Source: Nitrospirales bacterium (lineage in GTDB: Bacteria > Nitrospirota > Nitrospiria > Nitrospirales > UBA8639). From it: DNA of 64,000 bases. The stretch lies in NCBI GenBank assembly GCA_965223295.1, contig CBDCWC010000002.1:608001-672000 (forward strand). The letters run 5' to 3'. Shown here one piece after another: positions 32,151 through 46,679 of this stretch (position 1 is its first letter; each line of letters begins with the position of its first letter). The position numbers were made by a program, and so were the translations under genes. Below the pieces are notes generated by a model. That model searched no databases, was not told the DNA's origin, and saw only the letters and a program-made list of their open reading frames with translations.

Positions 32151-33965
32151 TCAACTCGGATCGGTTTTAAGAATGGCCAGAAAGGCTTCTTGGGGTACTT
32201 CTACCCGTCCTATTTGTTTCATTCGCTTTTTCCCTTCTTTTTGCTTTTCCCATAATTTCCGTTTCCGGGAAATGTCTCCGCCATAACATTTGGCGGTCAC
32301 ATTTTTCTTAATGGCTCCAATCGTCTCCCGCGCAATAATTCGCTTCCCAATGGCCGCTTGTATAGCAATCTCAAACATCTGTTTCGGAATCAATTCCTTC
32401 ATTTTCTCAGCTAATTGGCGTCCACGAACCGTCACTTTGTCTTTATGGGCAATCATGGACAAGGCATCGATGGTTTCTCCATTCAATAGCAAGTCAAGTT
32501 TCTCTAACTCAGATTTACGGTAGCCCAAGAGTTCATAGTCCAAAGAAGCATACCCTTGAGTGCGAGATTTCAAGCGATCATAGAAGTCTAACACAATTTC
32601 ATTTAAAGGTAGCTCATAGGTCAACATGGCTCGAGTGGGATCAAGATAGGTTAATTCAATCTGAATTCCTCGCCGTTCCTGACAAAGCTGGAGAATATTT
32701 CCGATATACTTCTCCGGAACGATAATCGTGGCCTTAATAAAGGGTTCTTCAATATGCTCAATATGAGAAGGGTCAGGAAGTTTAGATGGATTATCAATAT
32801 CGATCACGTTTCCTGTGGTCGTATAGACTCGATACACGACAGTCGGAGCAGTACTGATAAGATCAAGACCATATTCTCGTTCGAGACGTTCCCGAATAAT
32901 CTCCATATGAAGCAAGCCCAAAAATCCGCAGCGAAAACCAAAACCTAACGCCAGAGATGTTTCCGGTTCATAATCAAAAGAGGAATCATTGAGTTGTAAC
33001 TTTTCCAATGAATCACGAAGATCTTCAAATTTGGCATTGTCTGTCGTATAGAGTCCGCAAAAAACTACAGGTTTGACATCCCGATAACCCGGTAAAGGCT
33101 CGGAAGCAGGATGCTTAGCCTCGGTAATGGTATCGCCGATCTTGGTGTCGGACAGTTCCTTCATACCAGCACAAATATATCCCACTTCCCCGGGAGCTAA
33201 TTGAGGGACTTTGGTGCGCTTTGGCGAAAAGGTCCCGACTTCCAAGACTTCAAATTCTCGTCCTGACGACATCATTTTAATCGTCATATTTTGACGGATC
33301 GTTCCATCCATCACTCTCAACAGCACAATGGCACCTTGATAATTGTCAAACCAGGAATCAAAAATTAAGGCTTTTAAGGGCTCTTCTGATCGACCTATTG
33401 GTGCAGGAATAATATCAACCAGACCTTCGAGCACCTCCCGTACGCCTCGCCCGTCCTTGGCGCTCACCAAAAAGGCTTCATGTTCGGTCAGACCCAACAC
33501 ATCACGTATTTGTGTTTTCACACCGTCGACGTCTGCACTGGCTAAATCGATTTTGTTAATAACAGGAATAATGACTAAATCATTGGCTATGGCCAGGTAC
33601 GCATTAGCAATGGTTTGGGCTTCCACCCCCTGCGTCGCATCAATGAGTAAGAGTGCACCTTCACAAGCGGCTAGACTCCGAGACACCTCATAGGCAAAAT
33701 CAACATGTCCGGGCGTGTCGATCAAATTGAAGAGATAATTTTCTCCATTGGAGGTGTGAAATTCGGTGGTCACCGCATGCGCTTTTATGGTAATCCCACG
33801 TTCCCGTTCTAAATCCATATCATCGAGATACTGCGCGCGAAACTCACGTTGAGACACGGCTCCAGTCATTTCCAAAAACCGATCGGCCAATGTGGATTTG
33901 CCGTGGTCAATATGGGCAATAATAGAGAAATTTCGTATGTGGGTTTGCGGGAAGGTCTTACGCAT
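32151..33965 (-). CDS. lepA: Elongation factor 4
   Basis: [31 protein letters not shown] and [13 protein letters not shown] motifs. Confidence 0.98.
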   Translation of the reverse strand: MRKTFPQTHIRNFSIIAHIDHGKSTLADRFLEMTGAVSQREFRAQYLDDMDLERERGITIKAHAVTTEFHTSNGENYLFNLIDTPGHVDFAYEVSRSLAACEGALLLIDATQGVEAQTIANAYLAIANDLVIIPVINKIDLASADVDGVKTQIRDVLGLTEHEAFLVSAKDGRGVREVLEGLVDIIPAPIGRSEEPLKALIFDSWFDNYQGAIVLLRVMDGTIRQNMTIKMMSSGREFEVLEVGTFSPKRTKVPQLAPGEVGYICAGMKELSDTKIGDTITEAKHPASEPLPGYRDVKPVVFCGLYTTDNAKFEDLRDSLEKLQLNDSSFDYEPETSLALGFGFRCGFLGLLHMEIIRERLEREYGLDLISTAPTVVYRVYTTTGNVIDIDNPSKLPDPSHIEHIEEPFIKATIIVPEKYIGNILQLCQERRGIQIELTYLDPTRAMLTYELPLNEIVLDFYDRLKSRTQGYASLDYELLGYRKSELEKLDLLLNGETIDALSMIAHKDKVTVRGRQLAEKMKELIPKQMFEIAIQAAIGKRIIARETIGAIKKNVTAKCYGGDISRKRKLWEKQKEGKKRMKQIGRVEVPQEAFLAILKTDPS

Positions 33966-34050
33966 TCAGAATGTCTAGGATTGTAGTGAGGCTTCAAAAG
34001 GTTGTCAAAACATTGAACATAAATTTTAAAGGTCTCCCCAAGCTCATACC

Positions 34051-35442
34051 ATGAAACACCACCCAACCAGCCAACAGTTGCAAAACGATGATCGCCAGTA
34101 CCTCTGGCATCCTTTTACACCCATGCAGGAATGGGAACAGCATACGCCCCTGATCATTGAAAAGGGGAAAGGTTCGTATGTCTACGATCTTGAGGGTAAT
34201 CAGTATTTAGATGGGACTTCATCTATTTGGGTGAATCTCCATGGACATCGTCACCCAGTTCTTGATCAAGCGATTCGTCAGCAACTTCAAAAAGTCGCGC
34301 ATTCCACACTTCTAGGTCTTTCGAACCCTCCTGCGATTCAATTAGCGAAAGCATTAGTTCGATTGGCACCAAAAGGACTCACCAAAGTCTTTTATTCTGA
34401 TAATGGGTCTACGGCTGTTGAAATTGCCTTAAAAATGGCCATTCAATATTGGCAGCAACGTACTGCACCTCAACCTCACAAAACGCAATTTATCCACTTA
34501 GGCCTGGCGTATCATGGTGATACGGTTGGGGGAATGAGTGTCAGTGGCATTGAATTATTCCAAAAGCCTTTTTCAACACTTGTCTTTTCCGGCCGCCATC
34601 ATATTGAGGCGCCGTACTGCTACCGATGTCCTCTGCATCTACAATTCCCTCAATGTCAGACAGCTTGCGTTGATCCGCTGGAAACATTTCTTCAAGCCAA
34701 TCATGAAAAAATTGCTGGGATTATTATAGAACCAATGGTGCAAGGCGTGGCAGGGCTCATTCCCTCCCCTCCTGGATATCTGACACGTGTTCATCAACTC
34801 TGTCGGCAATATCAGGTGTTATTGATTGCCGATGAAGTCGCGACTGGATTTGGCCGAACGGGACGGATGTTTGCCTGTGAACATGAATCCGTGACTCCAG
34901 ATTTGATGGCCGTAGCCAAAGGATTAACCGGGGGCTATCTTCCTTTAGCGGCCACTCTCACCACTGATGAAATATATTCGGCATTTCTAGGAGAGCCCCA
35001 TGAAGGCAAAACATTCTTTCATGGCCATAGTTATTCGGGCAATCCATTGGGTTGTGCAGCCGCCTTGGCGAATCTTTCTATTTTTAAACGTGAGAGAACA
35101 TTACAAAAAATACGAAGCCGCCTGCCAAAATTTTCGCAATTTCTCGAATCACTATCACAAGACCCATGGGTTGGAGATATTCGTCAATGCGGATATATGG
35201 TGGGCATCGAGTTAGTTCAGGATCCACACACCAAAACACCGTTTCCCCCTGAAGATCGCATGGGCCAGCGAGTGGGCATCACTGCCCGGACCCTTGGTCT
35301 GCTCATTCGGCCAATTGGCAATACAATGATTCTTATGCCTCCTCTGTCAGCTACCCTTCAAGAATTAAAACAAATGGTTGATATTCTCAAAATGTCAATT
35401 GCCATCATTCGTCAAGCAAGCACATGTAAGGCAGATGCTTAG
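34051..35442 (+). CDS. bioA: Adenosylmethionine-8-amino-7-oxononanoate transaminase
   Basis: LWHPFT, SDNGSTAVEIALKMA, YHGDT, DEVATGFGRTG and KGLTGGYLPL motifs. Confidence 0.94.
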   Translation: MKHHPTSQQLQNDDRQYLWHPFTPMQEWEQHTPLIIEKGKGSYVYDLEGNQYLDGTSSIWVNLHGHRHPVLDQAIRQQLQKVAHSTLLGLSNPPAIQLAKALVRLAPKGLTKVFYSDNGSTAVEIALKMAIQYWQQRTAPQPHKTQFIHLGLAYHGDTVGGMSVSGIELFQKPFSTLVFSGRHHIEAPYCYRCPLHLQFPQCQTACVDPLETFLQANHEKIAGIIIEPMVQGVAGLIPSPPGYLTRVHQLCRQYQVLLIADEVATGFGRTGRMFACEHESVTPDLMAVAKGLTGGYLPLAATLTTDEIYSAFLGEPHEGKTFFHGHSYSGNPLGCAAALANLSIFKRERTLQKIRSRLPKFSQFLESLSQDPWVGDIRQCGYMVGIELVQDPHTKTPFPPEDRMGQRVGITARTLGLLIRPIGNTMILMPPLSATLQELKQMVDILKMSIAIIRQASTCKADA

Positions 35443-35484
35443 TATGCGATGACTTTATGTCCTGTCGTCCAGAAAAAACTCTAT

Positions 35485-36285
35485 CTAGATCAGTTCCACT
35501 CGTTGTCCCACTTGCAAATCACAACGATCGACGGCACGACCTTGTTTAATAAAAATTTCAAGATACCCATTACTGTTGATTAACATTTCAGGCAAGCCAG
35601 TGGCCCCTTCGCCATAATAGGTTTTGAAGTCTTTAATGGTGAAAGCTCCAACTCTGAGACCCGCGCAGTCTTGTTTTGTCACAGAACGAAAGGTCTCGAT
35701 ATCAGAAGGCGTGATGTCGGTAATGGCATTCCCAAAATGATCAATATAGATGATGCGCCCCTGAAGGACCTGCTGATTCATTTTCGGCGGGTCTTCAGGA
35801 AGGGTGACATGGTCATAGACCAATCGTCCGTACGAGCCAGGGACTTGGCCTTTGGTCAACCAAGCAGCCGACGGTGCAAACAAGTCCCGTCCATCAAATG
35901 TGGCCCCGGCTGAATCCAGCCGATATTGTTTATTTTCGATGGCTCGTACCTCAACAGACGCTTCTTCTTTTAACACGTAACTTAAGACGCCATTATCTGG
36001 CGCAATAAAAAAATAACGCGAAGTTGAAACCAGTAATGCCCGTCGATCGCTTCCCACATCTGGATCCACGACGACGACATGAACGGTGCCATCGGGGTAA
36101 TATTGATAACAAGATTTCAAAAAAAACGCCGCTTGCTGGATCCCATGGGGAGGAATGCGATGAGTAAGATCCAGGATACGGGTTTGCGGGTTAATGCCCA
36201 GTATGACTCCTTTCATGCTGGGAACAAAGTAATCCGATTCTCCAAAATCTGTGAGAAGAGTGACCAAGGAAATCGCTGAAGGCAT
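35485..36285 (-). CDS. DUF62 / SAM hydroxide adenosyltransferase (fluorinase/chlorinase superfamily)
   Basis: TLLTDFG, VVVDPDVGSDRR, APDNG, TFDGRDLFAP and IDHFGNAIT motifs. Confidence 0.9.
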   Translation of the reverse strand: MPSAISLVTLLTDFGESDYFVPSMKGVILGINPQTRILDLTHRIPPHGIQQAAFFLKSCYQYYPDGTVHVVVVDPDVGSDRRALLVSTSRYFFIAPDNGVLSYVLKEEASVEVRAIENKQYRLDSAGATFDGRDLFAPSAAWLTKGQVPGSYGRLVYDHVTLPEDPPKMNQQVLQGRIIYIDHFGNAITDITPSDIETFRSVTKQDCAGLRVGAFTIKDFKTYYGEGATGLPEMLINSNGYLEIFIKQGRAVDRCDLQVGQRVELI

Positions 36286-36764
36286 TATTCCGGCTCCTCA
36301 AAACAGATGGATTGAATTTCATATTCAATCGCTCCCGCTGGCCGATGGACTTCGACAATGTCACCCACTCGGTGCCCAATCAGTGCTCGACCAATAGGCG
36401 ACTGAACCGAAATTGACCCATTCTTTAGATCTGCTTCTTCTTGGCCTACCAGGGTGTACCGCTTCTCTTCCTCGGTTTCCATATTCAATAACGTCACAGT
36501 CACTCCAAAGACAACGGTCTCACTGTCTCCACTCGTGATTTCGACAACCTGGGCACTGCCAAGTTTGTATTCCAGTTCGGCCATTCGGGTGTCAATAAAC
36601 TGTTGATGTTCTTTGGCTGCTTTGTATTCGGCATTTTCTTTCAAATCGCCATGTTCGCGTGCTTCCGTAATGGCTTGAATCACCTTGGGGCGTTCCTCTC
36701 GCCGCAAACGAGTCAGTTCGGCTTGTAAGGCTTCATAGCCTTTTTTAGTCATTGGAATATTCAT
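36285..36764 (-). CDS. greA: Transcription elongation factor GreA
   Basis: AREHGDLKENAEY and SPIGRALIG motifs. Confidence 0.95.
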   Translation of the reverse strand: MNIPMTKKGYEALQAELTRLRREERPKVIQAITEAREHGDLKENAEYKAAKEHQQFIDTRMAELEYKLGSAQVVEITSGDSETVVFGVTVTLLNMETEEEKRYTLVGQEEADLKNGSISVQSPIGRALIGHRVGDIVEVHRPAGAIEYEIQSICFEEPE

Positions 36765-36850
36765 ACATTACCACTCCCCATAATGAACAAATAATTGGCT
36801 ATGGGCACCAATACATATTGGACATTCATCTTCAGAACTCAACATCATAC

Positions 36851-40147
<3,297 letters not shown>

Positions 40148-40170
40148 GGAGAAGTCTCAAGCAAGCCACA

Positions 40171-41052
40171 TTATAATGAGGCATCCGATGGCGCAGTTTT
40201 TTCTGTTGGCTCAGCCGACTCTGGCCGATAGAACCGCATTGCCTGTGGAATCCAGGCTTCGATTTGATTAATCCGCGTCACATCTGACGGATGCGTTGAC
40301 AAAAATTCAGGGACGGCATTTTGACTGCGGAAGCAAAACTTTCCGATCATTTTACGTGGACAACCGCTCATGCGTTCCCAAAACGGAACGGCTTCCCGTG
40401 GGTCATAGCCAGCCTTGGCCATTAATTGCAATCCAACAAAATCCGCTTCGGTTTCTTGAGCACGAGAATTTGGCAAGGCCACACCCACTCCATAGGCGCT
40501 CATGGCTCCAATTGCCACACCAGGATCGATACCTCCTGCAGCCGCTCCGGCTAACGCACCAAGATTCGCAATTTGTTCGATGATGCCTCGGCTATATCGC
40601 TCGGCGCCATGGCGCTGTAGTGCATGAGCGACTTCATGAGCCATCACAGTCGCTAGCCCAGCCTCGGTTTCTGTGTACTTTAACAGTCCGGTAAACACCG
40701 CAACTTTTCCACCTGGAAGGGCGAATGCGTTGATTTGCTCATCATCATCGATAACCGCAAACTCCCAAACATACTCAGGCTTATTGGCAACTTTGGCAAT
40801 GCGTTGCCCGATTCGATTGACCATCAGAGTAATTTCTGGATCCCGGCTAAGCGGAGCGTTTTTCAGCACTTCCCGAAACGCCGATAGGCCTAAGGCAATT
40901 TCCTTTTCTTCAGAAATATAAATGAGTTGATCTCGTGCCGTCCCAGGAGCTTTTTGACAGGCAAAAATAAGCAAACAAGCGATTCCGAGACAGCCAGCTC
41001 TGACTATACTCAATTTGTGATAAACCTCTGGTCTAAACAGAATGTGATTCAT
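40171..41052 (-). CDS. M48-family zinc metalloprotease (lipoprotein-like)
   Basis: LIFAC lipobox-like motif, NAFALPGG, HEVAH, ETEAD and LSTHP. Confidence 0.9.
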   Translation of the reverse strand: MNHILFRPEVYHKLSIVRAGCLGIACLLIFACQKAPGTARDQLIYISEEKEIALGLSAFREVLKNAPLSRDPEITLMVNRIGQRIAKVANKPEYVWEFAVIDDDEQINAFALPGGKVAVFTGLLKYTETEAGLATVMAHEVAHALQRHGAERYSRGIIEQIANLGALAGAAAGGIDPGVAIGAMSAYGVGVALPNSRAQETEADFVGLQLMAKAGYDPREAVPFWERMSGCPRKMIGKFCFRSQNAVPEFLSTHPSDVTRINQIEAWIPQAMRFYRPESAEPTEKTAPSDASL

Positions 41053-41068
41053 TGAAAACGACTATCCT

Positions 41069-42037
41069 CTATGGAACCCACATATACATCATTTGTGGAG
41101 CTCCACCTTGTAGCAAGCCCAATACTGTGTTGACATTCATTGATGGAAATCCAATTTGCCCAACCGCAGGCGCTTTATACTGAGAATACATATTTTGATG
41201 CGTGTCAGGACTCTTTCGACTATAGGTTACAACCTGCGCATCGGTTAATTCAGCATCTTCTTTGGCACGTTCAATCGCATCGTCCAGATACCCGATCTCA
41301 TCAATGAGCCCATGGTCTTTAGCAAGATCAGCCGTATAGATTCGGCCATCGGCCAATTCTCGAATTTTTCCCTTGCTTAAGTTCGGCCGACCGTTCTCGA
41401 CAACTGTGAGAAAGCGTGCATAGAGCCGGTCTATCACGTCTTGAAAAATCTCGCGCTCATCATCGTTCATAGACCGAAATGGCGACCCCATAGATTTTTT
41501 GGGACCTGAAACGATGGCCGAAGGCTGAAGACCAACTTTTTCCAAAAGGCCTTCGGCGTTGACGGTCACCATGATCACGCCGATGCTCCCTGTTATCGTC
41601 GATGGATGAGCATAAATCGCGTCAGACGCCATGGCAACGTAGTAGCCGCCAGATGCACCGACATCCATGATGGAGGTAATAATCGGTATTTTGCGTTTCT
41701 GTTTAAACTCTTCAAGTTCATGATAGAGAATATCGGACGAGGTCACCGTTCCACCAGGAGTATTAATACGAAGGACAATGGCTTTCACATGTTTGTCTTT
41801 TTGAGCTTTGGTTAAAATTTCTTTCAAACGGGCAGGATGGCTGGGTTCTGAGAAAATTCCTGAATCTTTGCTTGTCGTCAAGGCTCCAGAAATATCAATG
41901 AGTAAAACTTTATCAGTCCCTTCACCTGAAATAGTCGTTTCCTGCAATTCGCCGTTTCCGGAAAAGAGATCAATGTGAATGCATCCGTTAGAAAGCAACA
42001 AAAACAGTGCCAATACCCAGCGTAATCTAACCTGCAT
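41069..42037 (-). CDS. sppA: Signal peptide peptidase SppA (S49)
   Basis: LRINTPGG, GASGGYY, TGSIGV and ADGRIYTA..A...GLIDEIG motifs. Confidence 0.9.
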   Translation of the reverse strand: MQVRLRWVLALFLLLSNGCIHIDLFSGNGELQETTISGEGTDKVLLIDISGALTTSKDSGIFSEPSHPARLKEILTKAQKDKHVKAIVLRINTPGGTVTSSDILYHELEEFKQKRKIPIITSIMDVGASGGYYVAMASDAIYAHPSTITGSIGVIMVTVNAEGLLEKVGLQPSAIVSGPKKSMGSPFRSMNDDEREIFQDVIDRLYARFLTVVENGRPNLSKGKIRELADGRIYTADLAKDHGLIDEIGYLDDAIERAKEDAELTDAQVVTYSRKSPDTHQNMYSQYKAPAVGQIGFPSMNVNTVLGLLQGGAPQMMYMWVP

Positions 42038-43220
42038 GTTTCTGCCCTTTCATCATGTCAATAAATTGTTGAAAAAGGTAAGAAGAATCATGAGGGCCAG
42101 GTGAGGCTTCAGGATGATACTGAACCGAAAGAATTGGACTATCCAGTCCCACCATGCCTTCACAACAACCATCATTGAGACTACGATGAGTCACTTCCAT
42201 CCGGCCAACGGAGGTATCAAAATATTGTGAGGCCCTGAACCCGGCGTCATCGCCTTTGTATGGAAGATCTACGGCAAAATTATGATTCTGTGAGGTAATT
42301 TCAATTTTTCTTGTCCGAAGATCCATCACAGGATGGTTGGCTCCATGATGCCCAAAGGGCAGCTTATGCGAGGTGAGCCCTAATGCCAGTCCTAAAATTT
42401 GATGCCCCAAACAAATACCAAATATCGGTTTCCACCCAAGAAGAGCTTTGACTGTCTGAACGGCATACGACACGCCTTCAGGGTCACCTGGACCGTTTGA
42501 GAGGAACACCCCATCTGGTTGCAATTGGCGAATGTCTTCTGCGCTTGTGGAAGCTGGAACGACCTGAACCTGGCATCCTACATCTACCAAGCTCCGAAGA
42601 ATATGATGCTTGACGCCAAAATCCAAGACCACAACCTTAAAAGAAGAAGGGCTTGGCGACGGTGGAGACGAAGAAACTCCATTTGTCGTAGAGCTGAGCG
42701 CACGGCTTCCCTCTGACCATTGATAAGAAGCGGCGCAGGACACTTCATGGACCAAATCTCGGCCAACCGTTGAAGGTGCCGCCTGTGCTTTTCCACATAA
42801 TGAGCTCTCATCAAAGTTTAAATGGGAAATGACTCCCATTTGGGAACCCTGGTCTCGGATATGACTGGTTAGCGCACGGGTATCAATGCCTTGAATACTC
42901 ACGATCTTGTGTTGGATCAAATAGTCTTCGAATGATTGACGCCCCCGCCAATTACTCATTCGTTTAGAGGCTTCCCGTACAATAAAGCCTTCGGCCCACA
43001 CTCGATGGGATTCATCATCTTCGGGTGTGACCCCATAATTGCCAATTTGTGTGCTAGTCATCAAGACAATTTGTCCTTTGTAGGAAGGATCCGTCAAAAT
43101 TTCTTGATACCCGGTCATCGCGGTATTAAAAACGACTTCTCCAACGGTTTCGCCTTCAAAGCCAAGAGCGTCTCCTTTAAATACGGTACCATCTGCTAAT
43201 GCAAGCATAGCCGATTTCAT
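42027..43220 (-). CDS. carA: Carbamoyl-phosphate synthase small subunit
   Basis: GEVVFNTAMTGYQE, SNGPGDP, GICLGHQ and QYHPEASPGP motifs. Confidence 0.97.
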   Translation of the reverse strand: MKSAMLALADGTVFKGDALGFEGETVGEVVFNTAMTGYQEILTDPSYKGQIVLMTSTQIGNYGVTPEDDESHRVWAEGFIVREASKRMSNWRGRQSFEDYLIQHKIVSIQGIDTRALTSHIRDQGSQMGVISHLNFDESSLCGKAQAAPSTVGRDLVHEVSCAASYQWSEGSRALSSTTNGVSSSPPSPSPSSFKVVVLDFGVKHHILRSLVDVGCQVQVVPASTSAEDIRQLQPDGVFLSNGPGDPEGVSYAVQTVKALLGWKPIFGICLGHQILGLALGLTSHKLPFGHHGANHPVMDLRTRKIEITSQNHNFAVDLPYKGDDAGFRASQYFDTSVGRMEVTHRSLNDGCCEGMVGLDSPILSVQYHPEASPGPHDSSYLFQQFIDMMKGQKHAG

Positions 43221-43277
43221 AGCAGGACCTTATTTTTTTTGTATGCATGAATGAGCTTGATAAAGAACAAAGACATT

Positions 43278-43811
43278 TTAGGAAGCCGTAGAAAGACGAT
43301 AAACCACCGTTTTTCGTAGTTTTAAAATGAATAAGGAAAACGCCAGCCCAACATTCACAAGATGAAGGGCTCGTACGATCATATGAAGGCGAAAGAATTG
43401 TGAATACGCTAATTCTTTTTGCTCTTTGGATATGGCCTCAAAGGCTTCCTCTTGGAGGGCAACGGCTTGAGGTCCTAAGACTCCTAAGATTCCCAGAGTA
43501 ACAATAACCATTCCCCCGAGAATCCACCATTCCCCTGCACTGACAGAAAATGGTTGGGAGACATCGTGGCCATAGGCCTGATAACGCAGAAATGCTAAAA
43601 GGCCCAACACACATAAAATGCCCAGATTTACATATCCGTAACCATCAAAAACGCGACGCAAGAAACGGCCAGCGGGTTCCATGCCAAAGGAATTAAACAC
43701 CGCGGGAATCACCACGGCAATAATCATCATCAAACCGCCCACCCATACGGTCAACGCGAACATTTCCGCAAAAAATCCTATCATTCCCCAATTCGTCCGC
43801 TTCTTAGCCAT
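43278..43811 (-). CDS. DUF4149/TMEM205-like membrane protein
   Basis: Four hydrophobic helices, WVGG....AVVIPAVF and FFRLH motifs. Confidence 0.7.
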   Translation of the reverse strand: MAKKRTNWGMIGFFAEMFALTVWVGGLMMIIAVVIPAVFNSFGMEPAGRFLRRVFDGYGYVNLGILCVLGLLAFLRYQAYGHDVSQPFSVSAGEWWILGGMVIVTLGILGVLGPQAVALQEEAFEAISKEQKELAYSQFFRLHMIVRALHLVNVGLAFSLFILKLRKTVVYRLSTAS

Positions 43812-43814
43812 GAG

Positions 43815-45134
43815 TTAACGGCTATCATACACTAACTGACCCTCTACCAAGGTCATTTTAACTTTTCCCTTCATAGTCATGCCGCTAAACGGGGTATTCC
43901 GGCTTTTAGAGTGAAACTGATCGGGATCCACAACCCATTCTTCTTCGGCATCAAAGACCACAAGATCCGCCGCATTTCCCGGCGCCAGATTTCCTATGGG
44001 AAGGTTAAACAATTGGGCGGGCGCACGGGTCAACTTATCAAGTGCCTGTTCAAGAGACAACGTGCCATCATGGACCAAGCGAAGCGTTAACGGCAGTGCC
44101 GTTTCAAAGCCGACAATACCAAATGGCGCGGCATCAAACTCTAGTTGTTTTTCTTGAAGAGCATGAGGGGCATGATCGGTCGCAATGACATCTATCGTAC
44201 CATCCGTGAGGCCTTTCTTAAGAGCCACAATGTCTTCATCAGTTCGCAGAGGCGGATTCATTTTGGCATCAGCCTTGTAGCCCCGCACCGCTTCTTCGCT
44301 AATAGAAAAATGATGCGGGCAGACTTCTGCGCTAACCGGCAATCCTTGGGCTTTCGCATGACGCACCAATTCAACGGAACGTGCCGTACTTAAGTGAGCC
44401 AGATGGACTGTCACGCCTGTTAGTTCAGCCAAAGCCAGGTTGCGCGCCACCATGACCTCTTCGGAGGCATCAGGAATCCCCGGCATGCCTAATTCCGTCG
44501 AGACAACCCCTTCATTCATGCACCCACCATCCGTGAGGTGTAAGTCTTCACAGTGATCAACTACGGGTATCCCAAAGGCTTTGGCATATTCTAAGGCGCG
44601 GCGCATGACCAAGCTATTCATCACCGGACGTCCATCATCTGAAATAGCCACACAACCAGCCTCGACCAGTTCCCCAATATTTGCCAATTCTTCGCCGGCA
44701 GAACTTTTAGTAATAGCCCCAATGGGAAAAATACGAGCCTTTCCCGCCTGTTCACCTTTGGTCAGCATAAACTGAGTGATTGCGGCATTATCGTTAACAG
44801 GTTGCGTGTTTGGCATACAGCAAATAGACGTAAATCCACCGGCCACAGCCGAGGCGGATCCAGTGGCAATCGTTTCCTTATATTCAAAGCCCGGCTCCCG
44901 CAGATGACAATGCAGGTCCACCAATCCCGGCGACACGATCCAACCCCTGGCATCCAAGATCATGAGGGAAGGATCTTCCGCCGCCGCATGTTTCAGCGGA
45001 TGACCGATTTCAATGATTTTTCCATTTTGGATGAGCACGTCAGCCCGTTTGTTCACATGGCCAGGATCAATGACCGTTCCGCCTTGAATACAAATAATTC
45101 GAGATTGCGTAGGTTGAGATGAGAGGTTCTTCAT
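43815..45134 (-). CDS. pyrC: Dihydroorotase
   Basis: DLHCHLREPG, MPNT.P, KMNPPLR and ATDHAPH motifs. Confidence 0.95.
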   Translation of the reverse strand: MKNLSSQPTQSRIICIQGGTVIDPGHVNKRADVLIQNGKIIEIGHPLKHAAAEDPSLMILDARGWIVSPGLVDLHCHLREPGFEYKETIATGSASAVAGGFTSICCMPNTQPVNDNAAITQFMLTKGEQAGKARIFPIGAITKSSAGEELANIGELVEAGCVAISDDGRPVMNSLVMRRALEYAKAFGIPVVDHCEDLHLTDGGCMNEGVVSTELGMPGIPDASEEVMVARNLALAELTGVTVHLAHLSTARSVELVRHAKAQGLPVSAEVCPHHFSISEEAVRGYKADAKMNPPLRTDEDIVALKKGLTDGTIDVIATDHAPHALQEKQLEFDAAPFGIVGFETALPLTLRLVHDGTLSLEQALDKLTRAPAQLFNLPIGNLAPGNAADLVVFDAEEEWVVDPDQFHSKSRNTPFSGMTMKGKVKMTLVEGQLVYDSR

Positions 45135-45156
45135 AATTTCCTAATTCTGAAAAAGG

Positions 45157-46077
45157 TTAGGCAGAGCCCGATAATAAATACATTAAGGCCATTCGCACCG
45201 ACACGCCGTTGGTGACTTGATCCAAGATAACGGCTGAGGAGCTATCGGCAACTGCAGGGGAAATTTCGACTCCTCGATTTAAGGGACCGGGATGCATGAC
45301 GATAGCTTCAGGCTTAGCCAGCTTCAGCCGTTCTGCAGTCAGACAAAATAAAGTGGCATATTCTCGAATACTAGGCAGCAGGGCCCGCCCCAACCGTTCT
45401 CGCTGTAGCCGCAGCATCATGATGACATCTGCTCCAATTAACGCCTCGTCAAATTGGAAATACACGTTGGCTCCCAGCCGTTCAACAGAGAGGGGTAACA
45501 TGGTGGGCGGGGCGACAACTCGTACCTCCGCGCCCATTTTTGTTAAGGCCACAATATTTGATCGTGCCACCCGGCTGTGAGCCACATCGCCCACGATCAC
45601 AACAGTCAACCCTTCAACCTTTTCTTTCTTCTCTTTAATCGTATAGAGATCTAACAGCGCTTGTGTAGGATGTTCATGCCAGCCATCACCGGCATTGATG
45701 ACGGACGATTGAACAAAACGAGCCAAATGCTCGGCCGCACCAGGCGAAGAATGCCGCAATACAATAATATCAGCTTGCATGGATTCAATATTTCTGGCCG
45801 TATCAATCAGCGTTTCCCCTTTCACGACACTGCTGGTGGAGGGAGAAAAATTAATTACATCCGCACTCAACCGCTTGGCCGCCAACTCAAACGAAGTGCG
45901 AGTGCGGGTGCTTGGCTCAAAAAACAAATTCACGACGGTTTTTCCACGGAGAGCCGGGACTTTTTTGATATCCCGTCCGCCGACTTCTTTCAACGATTCG
46001 GCTGTCGAAAGCACAGACTCAATCTCTTCAACCGATAGGTCGGCAATGGTCAACACATCTTTGCGTTTCAAGCCCAT
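45157..46077 (-). CDS. pyrB: Aspartate carbamoyltransferase catalytic subunit
   Basis: FFEPSTRTRTSFE, HPTQALLD and MHPGP motifs. Confidence 0.97.
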   Translation of the reverse strand: MGLKRKDVLTIADLSVEEIESVLSTAESLKEVGGRDIKKVPALRGKTVVNLFFEPSTRTRTSFELAAKRLSADVINFSPSTSSVVKGETLIDTARNIESMQADIIVLRHSSPGAAEHLARFVQSSVINAGDGWHEHPTQALLDLYTIKEKKEKVEGLTVVIVGDVAHSRVARSNIVALTKMGAEVRVVAPPTMLPLSVERLGANVYFQFDEALIGADVIMMLRLQRERLGRALLPSIREYATLFCLTAERLKLAKPEAIVMHPGPLNRGVEISPAVADSSSAVILDQVTNGVSVRMALMYLLSGSA

Positions 46078-46085
46078 AGGCCCTG

Positions 46086-46640
46086 TTACTCGGTTGCTTT
46101 AGAAATAATTGAGACCCGATCGATTTGTCCCAGCTCTTCATAAAAAACTTGAACATTTTCATCACGGGCAGTCGGAATGCTTTTTCCTACATAGTTGGCT
46201 CGAATAGGAAGCTGCCGATGTCCGCGATCAACTAACACGGCCAGTTGAATCTCGGCAGGACGTCCAAAATCCATCAGGCCATCCAAGGCCGCTCGAATGG
46301 TTCGTCCGGTAAAGAGCACATCATCTACCAACACAATCTTTAAATCTGAAATGTTAAATGGAATAGAAGTTTTTCGAATCTCAGGTTGGTCCTTGCGAAT
46401 TGACAAATCATCCCGATAGAGCGTGATATCGAGCTCACCAAACGGAATCTCGCGTTGTTCAATCTGTTGAATACGGTCGATCAAACGCTGGCCAAGATAC
46501 ACCCCCCCTGTTCGAATGCCCACCAACGCTAAATCCTGCGTCCCTTTATTGCGTTCAATAATTTCATGACTAATTCTGGATAAAGCCCGCGACATTTCTT
46601 GGGCATCCATCAAGGGACGTTCGGTCTTCTGGTCACTCAT
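46086..46640 (-). CDS. pyrR: Pyrimidine operon attenuation protein / UPRTase PyrR
   Basis: LDITLYRDD, VLVDDVLFTGRTIRAA and DRGHRQLPI motifs. Confidence 0.96.
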   Translation of the reverse strand: MSDQKTERPLMDAQEMSRALSRISHEIIERNKGTQDLALVGIRTGGVYLGQRLIDRIQQIEQREIPFGELDITLYRDDLSIRKDQPEIRKTSIPFNISDLKIVLVDDVLFTGRTIRAALDGLMDFGRPAEIQLAVLVDRGHRQLPIRANYVGKSIPTARDENVQVFYEELGQIDRVSIISKATE

Positions 46641-46679
46641 AAAAACTAAACTTTTACCTTAATTTCAAAAAATCAAGAC

